64,000 nt of DNA from Alphaproteobacteria bacterium (GTDB taxonomy: Bacteria; Pseudomonadota; Alphaproteobacteria; SP197). The position numbers were made by a program, and so were the translations under genes. How positions within the stretch are numbered: position 1 is the stretch's first letter; each line of letters starts with the position of its first letter. Shown here in pieces: positions 9,499-19,007 of the stretch. The notes beneath the pieces are model-generated. The model made no database searches. It had not been told where the DNA came from and saw nothing but the letters and a program-made list of their open reading frames with translations. The stretch is from NCBI GenBank assembly GCA_965228895.1, contig OZ245842.1:544001-608000 (forward strand), given 5' to 3'.

Positions 9499-10677
9499 AT
9501 GACCGTCATGGTCGAAGCCGGTGAGGATTACGCCGACCTGCGCGAACAAGTCACGCGCCTTTGCGCGGGTTTCCCAGGCGAATACTGGCGCGGTCTGGAA
9601 GACGAACCGGTCGAGAGCAGCTATCCCACGGCCTTTATCGAAGCGATGACCCAAGCAGGATATCTCGCGGCCCTGATCCCCGAAGAGTATGGCGGATCCG
9701 GCCTGCCGTTGCGCGCCGGCTCGGTCATTCTGGAGACCGTCAACCGCTGCGGCGGCAGTGCGGCTGCCGGACACGCCCAGATGTACACCATGGGCACCGT
9801 GCTGCGGCACGGCAGCGACGAACAGAAGCAGCGTTACCTCCCCGCCATCGCCAAGGGCGAACTGCGCCTACAGGCCTTTGGCGTGACAGAGCCGACATCG
9901 GGTTCGGACACGACCCAGATCCGCACCCGGGCCGAACGGACCAACGAAGGCTACGTGATCAACGGCCAGAAGGTCTGGACCAGCCGGGCGCTCCATTCCG
10001 ATCTCATGTTGTTGATCGCGCGCACGACGCCGCTGGCCGATGTCGAGAAACGCCATCAGGGCATCTCGACCTTCCTGATCGACCTGCAGGAGGCCAGGAA
10101 GAACGGCTGCACGATCCGGCCGATCGACGCGATGATCAACCACAACACCACCGAGGTCTTCTTTGACAACGTCGTGGTGCCCCATGACGCGCTGATCGGC
10201 GAGGAAGGCAAAGGTTTTCGTTACATCCTGGACGGCATGAATGCCGAGCGCTGTCTGACAGCCGCCGAAGCCATTGGAAACGGCCACTACTTCGTCGAGA
10301 AGGCCGTGGCCTACGGCAACGAGCGGGTCGTCTTTAACCGGCCCATCGGTCAGAACCAGGGCATCCAGTTTCCCATCGCCCAGGCCTATGCCCAGCTTGA
10401 GGCGGCCGATCTGATGGTGCGCAAGGCGACCGCGCTGTTCGAGGCGGGCGAGCCTTGCGGTGCGGAAGCCAACATGGCGCGCCTGCTTTCCGGTGAAGCC
10501 TCGTGGGCCTGTGCCGAAGCCTGCTTCACGACCCATGGCGGCTTCGCCTTTGCCCGGGAGTACGACATCGAACGCAAGTGGCGCGAGACCCGCCTGGCGC
10601 GTGTCGCGCCGATCTCGCCCAATCTCATCCTCAGCTTCATTGCCCAACATGTCCTCGGCCTCCCCAAATCCTACTGA
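9499..10677 (+). CDS. Acyl-CoA dehydrogenase
   Basis: IPEEYGGSG, FGVTEPTSGSD, INGQKVWTS, HGGFAFAREYDIER. Confidence 0.92.
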   Translation: MTVMVEAGEDYADLREQVTRLCAGFPGEYWRGLEDEPVESSYPTAFIEAMTQAGYLAALIPEEYGGSGLPLRAGSVILETVNRCGGSAAAGHAQMYTMGTVLRHGSDEQKQRYLPAIAKGELRLQAFGVTEPTSGSDTTQIRTRAERTNEGYVINGQKVWTSRALHSDLMLLIARTTPLADVEKRHQGISTFLIDLQEARKNGCTIRPIDAMINHNTTEVFFDNVVVPHDALIGEEGKGFRYILDGMNAERCLTAAEAIGNGHYFVEKAVAYGNERVVFNRPIGQNQGIQFPIAQAYAQLEAADLMVRKATALFEAGEPCGAEANMARLLSGEASWACAEACFTTHGGFAFAREYDIERKWRETRLARVAPISPNLILSFIAQHVLGLPKSY

Positions 10678-10687
10678 GATCGCACCG

Positions 10688-12037
10688 TTGGCCGAAGGCG
10701 CTGGGGTCACCCGTGCGCTTGCCCGCTGGGTCGTCGACGTCGAGCGTGACGCGATCAGCGAACGCGCGTTGCGTTGCGCCAGCCATGCGCTCCTCGACTG
10801 GGTCGGGGTCACGCTCGCAGGACAGGCGGAACCACTCGTGGACATCCTGGTGCGCGACGCCGAGCGTAACGGCGAGCAGGGTGTCGCCCGTCTTATCGGA
10901 CGCCGTGCCGATGTTTCGCCGGCCTTTGCCGCACTGATCAACGGTGCGGCTTCCCATGCGCTCGACTTCGATGATGTCAATCAGCGTGTTCAGGGCCATC
11001 CCACCGTGGCGATTGTCCCGGCGCTCTTGGCGGCCGCGCCAGCTTGCGGGGCGACGGGCGCTGACCTTCTTGAGGGTATGGTGGTTGGGACTGAAGTCGC
11101 CTGCGCCGTGGGCGAGATGCTGGGGACGCCGCATTACGACCTCGGTTTTCATGCCACGGCCACGGTCGGAAGTTTGAGCGCAGCGACGGCTGTCGCAAGA
11201 CTGATGCGTCTGGACGAAGTCCAGACGGCAACCGCGTTGGGGCTTGCCGCGACGCAGGCAGCCGGTTTGAAGGCGAACTTCGGCACCATGGCCAAGCCGC
11301 TTCACGCCGGTAAGGCCGCGATGAATGGTTTGCTTGCGGCGCGCTGGGCTGGCGCGGGGCTCACTGCTTCGACGACAATTCTTGAAGCCGTACAGGGATT
11401 TGGCGCGGTCATGTCGACCGGCTTCAACGCCGATTTCTCGCCACCGTCGGATCAGTACGGTATCGAGCTCAACTGCTACAAGTTCTATCCAGCCTGTTAC
11501 TTCACCCACTCGGCCATCGCGGCGACCTGCGCCTTACGTGACGAACACGCGTTGTCTCCAGACGATATCGACAACGTTGTGGTTCATCTGCAGCCCCAGC
11601 ACGACAAGGTCTGTAATATTGCCGAGCCGAAGGACGGGCTGGGCATCAAGTTTTCCGTGCGCCATCTGGTGGCGATGGCCCTTGCGCGGGTCGAGGTCGG
11701 CGATATCCGCGTGTTCACCGAAGAGATGGCCGAACGTCCCGACCTCATTGCCTTGCGTGAACGGATCGCCTTCGCGGCTGCGTCGGTTCCGACCCGGTGG
11801 GCGGCGCGGGTCGAGATCCAATGTCGCGATGGACGCCGGCTCGCAAGCGATGAGGACGTGGGCATTCCTGCCGACGATCTCGATCGTCAGGAGGCGCGGC
11901 TGCTCGCCAAGTTCCTCGCTCTATCGGCGCCGAAGCTCGGAGAACAACGCAGTCATGCGCTAGCGGATTTTGTTCTTGGCATGGGCTCAGCCGCCGACAT
12001 GACCGGCCTGTTCAATGCCGCAAGTCCCGGCGACTGA
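10688..12037 (+). CDS. MmgE/PrpD family protein (start uncertain; TTG chosen)
   Basis: NGAASHALDFDD, GHP, GFHAT, KPLHAG, KFYPACYFTH. Confidence 0.85.
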   Translation: MAEGAGVTRALARWVVDVERDAISERALRCASHALLDWVGVTLAGQAEPLVDILVRDAERNGEQGVARLIGRRADVSPAFAALINGAASHALDFDDVNQRVQGHPTVAIVPALLAAAPACGATGADLLEGMVVGTEVACAVGEMLGTPHYDLGFHATATVGSLSAATAVARLMRLDEVQTATALGLAATQAAGLKANFGTMAKPLHAGKAAMNGLLAARWAGAGLTASTTILEAVQGFGAVMSTGFNADFSPPSDQYGIELNCYKFYPACYFTHSAIAATCALRDEHALSPDDIDNVVVHLQPQHDKVCNIAEPKDGLGIKFSVRHLVAMALARVEVGDIRVFTEEMAERPDLIALRERIAFAAASVPTRWAARVEIQCRDGRRLASDEDVGIPADDLDRQEARLLAKFLALSAPKLGEQRSHALADFVLGMGSAADMTGLFNAASPGD

Positions 12038-12050
12038 GGACGCAGCGGCC

Positions 12051-13529
12051 ATGAAAGACTACAGGATGTTCATCGGCGGGCACTGGTGTGATTCGGCATC
12101 GGAGTCATGGATCGACAGTGAGTTTCCCTACACAAGGGAACCGTGGTGCCGGATACCACGAGGCATTGCCGAGGACGCCAAGGCTGCCGTCGACGCTGCT
12201 GATGCCGCGTTCGACAATCCGGCGTGGCGTGATCTGCAGCCGGCGGGGCGCGCCAAACTGCTGTTTCGTCTTGCCGATCTGCTGGAAGCACGGGCCGATG
12301 AACTTGCGGAAGTCGAGAGCCGCGACAACGGCAAACGGATCGTCGAGACACGCGGACAGGCCCGGCGTCTGCCCGACTGGTACCGCTATTTTGGTGGTCT
12401 GGCCGATAAGATCGAGGGCGGTGTGGTGCCCAATGGCAGTCCCGACGTCCTGAACCTTACCCTGCGCGAGCCGTTGGGTGTGGTCGTCGCGATCACGCCC
12501 TGGAACTCGCCCCTCTTGCTCGCAGCGTGGAAGCTGGCACCCGCCCTTGCCGCAGGCTGTACCGTGATCCTGAAACCTTCCGAATACACGTCCGCCTCGT
12601 CCCTGGAACTGGCGGCGCTTTTCGAGGAAGCCGGCTTTCCGCCTGGCGTCGTGAATGTGGTGACCGGTTTCGGTCATGAGATCGGCGAGGCGCTCGTTGG
12701 TGATCCCCGGATCGCCAAGGTTTCGTTCACCGGGGGCGAGGCGGGGGGCCGGGCGGTCTACAAGCTCGCCGCCGAACACTTCCACGCTGTATCGCTGGAA
12801 CTGGGCGGCAAATCGCCCAACATCGTCTTCCAGGACGCCGAGATCGGCAACGCGGTGAACGGGATTACCGGCGGGATCTTTGCCGCGACGGGTCAGACCT
12901 GCATTGCCGGTTCCAGGCTGCTGGTGCATCGCTCGATCCATGACGAGGTTGTCGCGGGCGTTGTCGACGCTTCGGCATCGGTGCGCTGTGGCGACCCACT
13001 GGATGCCGCCACCCAAATGGGCCCCGTGGCGACCGGAGCACAGTTCGACAAGATCCTCGGCCACATCACAGCGGCCAGGTCAGAGGGTGCGACCTGTGTT
13101 CTGGGTGGTGAACCTGCGACCGGAGGCGCATGCGGCAACGGGCTTTTCATCCCGCCGACAATTTTCACCGATGTCACCAACACCATGGCGCTTGCCCGCG
13201 AAGAGGTGTTTGGACCGGTTCTGGCCGTCATCGGGTTCGACGATGACGAGGAGGCGATCGCCATCGCGAATGACACCGACTACGGCCTTGCTGCAGGCGT
13301 CTGGACCACCAGCATGCGCCGCGCCGTGCGCGTCAGCCGCCAACTGAAGGCCGGCACCATCTGGGTCAATACCTATCGCCAGGTCTCCCACGCCTCGCCG
13401 TTTGGCGGCTACAAGCGAAGCGGCATCGGACGCGAGAATGGTGTCGAGGCGATCAACGAATTCCTCCAGACCAAATGCGTCTGGTTCAACACGGGCGAAA
13501 CCGTGCCCAATACCTTCGATATGCGCTGA
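12051..13529 (+). CDS. NAD-dependent aldehyde dehydrogenase
   Basis: ITPWNSP, LELGGKSP, GQTCIAG, EEVFGPV, PFGGYKRSGIG. Confidence 0.93.
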   Translation: MKDYRMFIGGHWCDSASESWIDSEFPYTREPWCRIPRGIAEDAKAAVDAADAAFDNPAWRDLQPAGRAKLLFRLADLLEARADELAEVESRDNGKRIVETRGQARRLPDWYRYFGGLADKIEGGVVPNGSPDVLNLTLREPLGVVVAITPWNSPLLLAAWKLAPALAAGCTVILKPSEYTSASSLELAALFEEAGFPPGVVNVVTGFGHEIGEALVGDPRIAKVSFTGGEAGGRAVYKLAAEHFHAVSLELGGKSPNIVFQDAEIGNAVNGITGGIFAATGQTCIAGSRLLVHRSIHDEVVAGVVDASASVRCGDPLDAATQMGPVATGAQFDKILGHITAARSEGATCVLGGEPATGGACGNGLFIPPTIFTDVTNTMALAREEVFGPVLAVIGFDDDEEAIAIANDTDYGLAAGVWTTSMRRAVRVSRQLKAGTIWVNTYRQVSHASPFGGYKRSGIGRENGVEAINEFLQTKCVWFNTGETVPNTFDMR

Positions 13530-13531
13530 GG

Positions 13532-14521
13532 ATGGAAAGTCTGTTCGTTCTCAGCGCCGCCGACATTGCGCAACTTGAGCTTGCGCCCGATGCCGTCATA
13601 GGGGCTGTGGAGGCGGGACTGATTGCACAGGCGAGCGGCGATGCCGTTGCGGCGCCGACTGTCAGCTATCTTCCCGATCCCGCCCGAAGCGGCCTGCACT
13701 CTGCGATCCGCGGCGCGTTGCCAGGGGACAATCTTGCCGTGCTCAAGGCGGTGGGGACATATCCCGACAACGCGGCGCGCGGACTAACCACCAATCCCGG
13801 GATACTGATCCTGTTCGCCAGTGACACCGGTCTGCCAATTGCCTTGCTCGATGCATCGTGGCTGACGACCCTGCGAACTGCGGCAGTTACAGCGTCGGGC
13901 ATCCGTGCATTGGCGCGACCGGACGCGCGCGTGCTGGCTTGCATCGGAACCCGCGGCATTGCTGTCGAGGCGGTGCGTCTCGTGGCCGGCATGTTGGCGC
14001 TCCAAGAGGTTCGTATCCATGGGCGAGATCCGCAAACCTGCCGGGCTTCGGCTGCAAGTCTTTCGTCCGATCTTGGTGTTGCCGTGCGCGCGACAGCGTC
14101 ATGGCATGAATGCCTGGACGGCGCCGATATCATGATCGAAGGCGCAAGCCTCGATCGTCACCGCACGCTCTTTCCCCTTGAGACGATCGTCGAGGGGACC
14201 ACCTTGGCGGCCTTCGGTGCGTTCAGTTCCTTTCCCGACGGCCTTCCCGCCCGTATCGACCGACTGATTATGGACCGATGGGTCGATGGTGACAGCGGCG
14301 CACTGGGCCCCCATGTCGCGCGCGGCCAGATTAGCGAGGGTTCTGTCGATGGCTATATCGGGGACGTGCTTGCCGGTCAGATAGCAGGGCGCCGCGATGC
14401 GGGCGAGCGCATCCTGTTCTGGCACCGCGGAGTCGCAGCCTGCGATATCTTGTTGGCCGAGGCCATGATCGACGCTGCGCGCAAGAACGGCTTGGGCCAA
14501 ACCGTTCCGTTCCACGCCTGA
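13532..14521 (+). CDS. Ornithine cyclodeaminase/mu-crystallin (imine reductase) family protein
   Basis: LKAVGTYPDN, LTTLRTAA, IGTRG, GVAACD. Confidence 0.85.
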   Translation: MESLFVLSAADIAQLELAPDAVIGAVEAGLIAQASGDAVAAPTVSYLPDPARSGLHSAIRGALPGDNLAVLKAVGTYPDNAARGLTTNPGILILFASDTGLPIALLDASWLTTLRTAAVTASGIRALARPDARVLACIGTRGIAVEAVRLVAGMLALQEVRIHGRDPQTCRASAASLSSDLGVAVRATASWHECLDGADIMIEGASLDRHRTLFPLETIVEGTTLAAFGAFSSFPDGLPARIDRLIMDRWVDGDSGALGPHVARGQISEGSVDGYIGDVLAGQIAGRRDAGERILFWHRGVAACDILLAEAMIDAARKNGLGQTVPFHA

Positions 14522-14544
14522 AATGTCTGCCTGAGGAGAAGAAC

Positions 14545-14751
14545 ATGCCACTGCTGACAATTGCCCTCGTCGAAGGGCGGTCCAAGGCCGAGAAGGATGC
14601 GCTGTCGCGCCGGATTTGCGAGGCCATGAACGAAGAAATGGGCGTTCCGCCCGAGGCAATCTGGATCAAGTACGAGGATGTTTCCGCCGACGAGTGGTAT
14701 GTCGGCCCCGACAGCATCGCCGACCGCAAGAAAGCGCGGGGCGGGCGCTGA
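14545..14751 (+). CDS. 4-oxalocrotonate tautomerase family protein
   Basis: N-terminal catalytic Pro (MPLLTI), EGRS, 68 aa; GAGGAG RBS. Confidence 0.88.
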   Translation: MPLLTIALVEGRSKAEKDALSRRICEAMNEEMGVPPEAIWIKYEDVSADEWYVGPDSIADRKKARGGR

Positions 14752-14754
14752 CCC

Positions 14755-16095
14755 ATGAACGAACCGCCTCCGGTTGATCAAGAAACGGATCGGGTCATCC
14801 CCGCGGTCACACCCGAAGAGCGGCTCTACAGGATCGTCGAGGACGGCCTTTGTATCGGCTGTGGTCTGTGCGAGAGCATTGCCGGTCGGGACAGTGTGCG
14901 GGTGACGACCGTCGAAAACGGCTACCAGCGCCCGGTTGTCGAAGGCCCGCTCGATCAGGAAACTGTCGATCGCATTTATGACACCTGCCCCGGGCTCCGC
15001 CTTGATACGCTGCCTGGCAGGCTGCTCGACGACGATACGGTGATCGACCCTGTCTGGGGCCCGTTCAAACGCATGTTCAGCGGATATGCAAGCGACGATG
15101 CGGTACGCGTGCCGGCCGCCAGCGGCGGTGTGCTGACGGCGCTTTGCAACTTCCTGGTCGAGGATGGCCGTGTTGCCTTCATCCATCACGCACGACCGGC
15201 TGAGGAGGATGCGACGTTCGGCGTCGCGCATATCAGTTCAGACGTTGCGGGGATTGCCGCCGGTACAGGATCGATTTATGGCCCGTCGCCAGTGCTTGCC
15301 AACATTCGCGGTGTGCTCGACAGGGGCGAGACCTTCGCCTTCGTGGGAAAGCCCTGTGATATCTCCGCGTTGCGCAACTATGCGCATTTTGACAACAGGG
15401 TCGATGCGCTGGTGCGCTACTGGTTGACGCCGGTCTGTGGTGGCATCGTGCCACCACCCCAGATGGATACGTTCCTCGCTAAGCGCGACCTCGACCGCGC
15501 CGATCTCGCCTGGTTCAAGTACCGGGGTGACGGTTGTCCCGGTGACGTGGAGTTTCTGTCGCAGGATGGCCGGCGCTTCACGGCCAACATGTACGAACCC
15601 TATGGCGGTTTCGACGAGGCAGACTGGCAACTCCCGTTCCGTTGCAAGGTCTGCCCTGACGGACCTGGAGAGGCAGCCGACATTGCAGCCGGTGACCAAT
15701 GGGTTGACGACATACCCGACTGGGAGGCCGCCAAGACGGACAAGGGATCGAACGCTGTGATCGTGCGGACCGCAGCAGGCATCGACCTCATCGATGCAGC
15801 GGTGAAAAGTGGTTACCTCACGGTCGACCACGAAGTAACGCCGCGTTTCTACGACACCTGCCAGCACCATCACGTTGTCAAGAAACAGGTCATGCGGTCG
15901 CGCTGGGACGGCATGCTGGCCGAGGGCAGGTTGTCCCCGAGGTCCCAGGGTTTGCGCTTGGACGACCACGCGCGAGCAAATCCAGCCGAAGTCAATGCGG
16001 CCCAGATGGCAGGAACGCGTCAACGTTTGAGGAACGGCCGCAACACCGAACGGAAACCACGTGCGCGCGACCGGATTGAGGCGTCGCAAAAATGA
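14755..16095 (+). CDS. Coenzyme F420 hydrogenase/dehydrogenase beta-subunit (FrhB/HCAR-like) Fe-S flavoprotein
   Basis: CIGCGLC ferredoxin motif, ASGGVLT, FVGKPCD, CGG, RCKVCPD...ADIAAGD. Confidence 0.82.
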   Translation: MNEPPPVDQETDRVIPAVTPEERLYRIVEDGLCIGCGLCESIAGRDSVRVTTVENGYQRPVVEGPLDQETVDRIYDTCPGLRLDTLPGRLLDDDTVIDPVWGPFKRMFSGYASDDAVRVPAASGGVLTALCNFLVEDGRVAFIHHARPAEEDATFGVAHISSDVAGIAAGTGSIYGPSPVLANIRGVLDRGETFAFVGKPCDISALRNYAHFDNRVDALVRYWLTPVCGGIVPPPQMDTFLAKRDLDRADLAWFKYRGDGCPGDVEFLSQDGRRFTANMYEPYGGFDEADWQLPFRCKVCPDGPGEAADIAAGDQWVDDIPDWEAAKTDKGSNAVIVRTAAGIDLIDAAVKSGYLTVDHEVTPRFYDTCQHHHVVKKQVMRSRWDGMLAEGRLSPRSQGLRLDDHARANPAEVNAAQMAGTRQRLRNGRNTERKPRARDRIEASQK

Positions 16096-16156
16096 CCACC
16101 AAAACCTCTTTCCGGCAGCGCGGTAACGCGACGCATGCCGTGTGATGTAGCTGCCG

Positions 16157-17023
16157 ATGGAGACTGCCGTGACCACCTACAGGAAGCCCGAGCACTGGAA
16201 AGATCCGACCAAGAAGCTCTATCCACATCAGGTCATGTTCACCTGTCCGCCCAAGGATTTTTGTGGTGCGCCCACGGACTTCCTGCGTATGGCGCCCGAG
16301 ACCGTCGGCGTACACGGACGCATGATGCACGTGAACGATTACGAACACACGCTCGACCAGCGAAAGAAGAACTTCGCGTTGCTGGAAGAGTTCGTCGCGT
16401 GTTCCGCCGACGCGGGTGCTGATGTCTGCGGCCAGGTCGGCTCCAACTGGGTCCACGCCTCGGGTCTGGGGGTTGAGGGTATCCGGCAATTCTGCGAGCG
16501 GATGAGCGAAACATACGAGACGCCGTTTCACATGTCGGGCTACGCCATGGTGGAGGCCTTGCGCGCAGCGAACGTCGAGAAGGTCGCGTTGAACGCGGTC
16601 TATCACTGGCCGGACTGGTGGCAGGGTACGGTGGGATTTCTGCGCGAGGCCGGCTTTGACGTCGTGTGGGCCGGCAACTTCGTCGACCAGGGTTGGTTTG
16701 CGAGCCAGCACGAACTCGATGCTGAGATCTGGTGCTTCGATGAGGAACTTGCGGCGAAGTCGATGGCGTATGTCGCCGAACAGGCGCCCCAGGCCGACGC
16801 CTATCTCGCCAACGGTACGGCTCACTTTCGTCGCCCGTCCGATGGTGTCACCCAACGCTTCTGCGCTCTTGCACCCGACCTTGAGGTCATGCTGGGCAAA
16901 CCCGTCATCACCCACGACATCGCGCTCTATTGGCGCATCTTCAAGACGCTCGGCGTCGGTCCGGTGACCAGACAGGGACGGCTGCTGTCATCGCTTCAGG
17001 CCGTGCGCTCCTCGGCGGCCTGA
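16157..17023 (+). CDS. Maleate isomerase/arylmalonate decarboxylase (Asp/Glu racemase) superfamily protein, divergent
   Basis: MAPETVGVHGRM, AMVEALRAANVEKVAL, FLREAGFDV, LEVMLGKPVITHD. Confidence 0.7.
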   Translation: METAVTTYRKPEHWKDPTKKLYPHQVMFTCPPKDFCGAPTDFLRMAPETVGVHGRMMHVNDYEHTLDQRKKNFALLEEFVACSADAGADVCGQVGSNWVHASGLGVEGIRQFCERMSETYETPFHMSGYAMVEALRAANVEKVALNAVYHWPDWWQGTVGFLREAGFDVVWAGNFVDQGWFASQHELDAEIWCFDEELAAKSMAYVAEQAPQADAYLANGTAHFRRPSDGVTQRFCALAPDLEVMLGKPVITHDIALYWRIFKTLGVGPVTRQGRLLSSLQAVRSSAA

Positions 17024-17076
17024 TGCCGTCGTGGTTCATCCACGAACCAAAGTAACGGCGGGCCTGGAGTAGGGGC

Positions 17077-17727
17077 ATGGCGCAAAGGGTCGATGTCTAT
17101 TGGTCGCACAACTCCCCCTATTGTTATCTGGCACTCGATCGGATTCTGGCGCTAAGCCGGCAGCCGGACGTTGACGTGGTCTTGCGTCTGGTCCTGCCGG
17201 GTCTAATGCGCAACGCCGACCGCTTCGTCGATGCCGAGCCGGTCGAAGAAGCCTACTTTCTGCGCGACGCCGCGCGCACGGCGGCGTTTCTGGGTGTTCC
17301 GTTCGGCTGGCCGCAGCCATGGCCTGTGGCATTTCTGGATGGAAATCTGTACCGCGCGGCGCCCGACCAGCCGCGTGCCTGGCGTCTCTACAATCTCAAT
17401 GCCGCCGCCCGGGAACAGGGCAGGGGCTGGGGTTTCATCGAACATGTGAGTCCGTTGATCTGGAACGGCCTGACCGAGGACTGGAACAAGGATGAGAACC
17501 TGGTCCCAGCGGTCGAGCGCGCGGGCTTCGATTACGCCGAACTTTGCCGGCGGGCCGATGAAGGAGCGGCGCAGTTCAAGCGCGACTTCGCCAGAAACCA
17601 CGAGGACCTGCTTGTGGCCGGTCATTGGGGCGTCCCGGTCTTCGTCGTCGATGGTGAACCGTTCTATGGCCAGGACCGTTTCGATCAGCTCTTGTGGCGC
17701 TTGGATCAATCAGCCGCGAGGCAGTGA
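17077..17727 (+). CDS. 2-hydroxychromene-2-carboxylate isomerase / GST-kappa (DsbA-like) protein
   Basis: YWSHNSPYCYLA and GHWGVPVFVVDGEPFYGQDR motifs. Confidence 0.85.
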   Translation: MAQRVDVYWSHNSPYCYLALDRILALSRQPDVDVVLRLVLPGLMRNADRFVDAEPVEEAYFLRDAARTAAFLGVPFGWPQPWPVAFLDGNLYRAAPDQPRAWRLYNLNAAAREQGRGWGFIEHVSPLIWNGLTEDWNKDENLVPAVERAGFDYAELCRRADEGAAQFKRDFARNHEDLLVAGHWGVPVFVVDGEPFYGQDRFDQLLWRLDQSAARQ

Positions 17728-17854
17728 TCGATTTGTCGTGAGACGTAGCGCGATCAGAATGCCGATGCGATAGGGTACAGCCTGTCAACAGGGAAATCGC
17801 GGCACAGACAAGCTCGCTCGAGACTGCCCGCACCACCACTTTCCACAATGCAGA

Positions 17855-18217
17855 TTATGTGGGGGTTTTCTTGGGCTGTGTGTTGTTGCGTGCTCTGTTT
17901 GTGTCTGCCAGCTCATCAATCGCCATGCCTTTCCACAACGGTACGCCGGTGCGATACGCGGCGCGCGCGATCATGTGTGCGGCGACCGGAGCCGTCAGCA
18001 GAAGGAAGACGATGGCGGCGATGGCGCGGGCGACGATACCGGTCTCGCCAAAGTGGACGGCGACGGCGACGAGGATAAGGCCACAGCCCAGCGTTCCCGC
18101 CTTGGTCGAGGCATGCATGCGGATCAGGACATCCGGCAGGCGAAGCACGCCGAGCGCGGCTGCGAAAGCGAAGAGGCCTCCGGCGATGACCAGCACCGAC
18201 GTGATGATATCGATCAT
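17855..18217 (-). CDS. mrpG: Mrp Na+/H+ antiporter subunit G
   Basis: GVLRLPDVLIRMHASTKAGTLG, TAPVAAH. Confidence 0.93.
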   Translation of the reverse strand: MIDIITSVLVIAGGLFAFAAALGVLRLPDVLIRMHASTKAGTLGCGLILVAVAVHFGETGIVARAIAAIVFLLLTAPVAAHMIARAAYRTGVPLWKGMAIDELADTNRARNNTQPKKTPT

Positions 18218-18528
18218 GGCTGATCGCCAGCCTTGTCGAAAGGCATGTCGTCGCGCGCGCGTCGGCGTTCGGCGAACCGGGCGAAGGCGACCGTGGCGAG
18301 AAAAGCGATCAGGGCCAGCGCAATGGCGACGTCGAGATAGGCGGGCTCGCCTGACGCAATTGCAAAAAGCGCGCTGAAAGCGACCGCCAGGACAGTCACG
18401 AGGTCAAGTGCGACAACACGATCGGGCAGGCTTGGCCCCCGCGCCATACGCAGCACCGCAAGCACGATTGCCGCGATCAGAAGGGCAAAGGCGATGTCGG
18501 TCGCCGTGGTGAGAATGGGAGAGGTCAT
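18214..18528 (-). CDS. mrpF: Mrp antiporter subunit F
   Basis: RGPSLPDRVVALD, FLATVAFARF. Confidence 0.93.
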   Translation of the reverse strand: MTSPILTTATDIAFALLIAAIVLAVLRMARGPSLPDRVVALDLVTVLAVAFSALFAIASGEPAYLDVAIALALIAFLATVAFARFAERRRARDDMPFDKAGDQP

Positions 18529-18533
18529 GATCC

Positions 18534-19007
18534 TTACTCCAAAGCCGCGAGCACACGTTGCTCGATGCCTCGCTTGAGTTCGTCACGCAGGACCTGCGGG
18601 TCGTCGACGAACATGGCATGGACGTAGAGGGTCTTGCGGTCTTCCGAGATGTCCAGGCTCAGACTACCGGGCGTCAGAGATATCAGGTTGGCAATCATCA
18701 GGATTTCGCCGTCCCGTGTGGCGTCGAGCGGCAACGCGATGATGCCGGGCCGGCTCCTGTGGGTCGGCGTCAAGACGTCCCAAACCACGCGCAAACTGGA
18801 GACAAAGAGCTCATAGATGAACAGGAGCGCGAGACGGATGACCCGCCACACACGCTCGAAATAGCTGGTGTCACCAAACATGGGCTTGGCGGTCCAAAGC
18901 GCGAGGTAACCGACGACGTAACCGATGAGCAGATTGGACAGCGTAAAGCTCCCGGTCAGTGCGGCCCAGCCGAGTGCAAGCGCGGCGTTCAAGGCAAAGA
19001 GGTTCAT
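18534..19007 (-). CDS. mrpE: Mrp antiporter subunit E
   Basis: [17 protein letters not shown]. Confidence 0.93.
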   Translation of the reverse strand: MNLFALNAALALGWAALTGSFTLSNLLIGYVVGYLALWTAKPMFGDTSYFERVWRVIRLALLFIYELFVSSLRVVWDVLTPTHRSRPGIIALPLDATRDGEILMIANLISLTPGSLSLDISEDRKTLYVHAMFVDDPQVLRDELKRGIEQRVLAALE

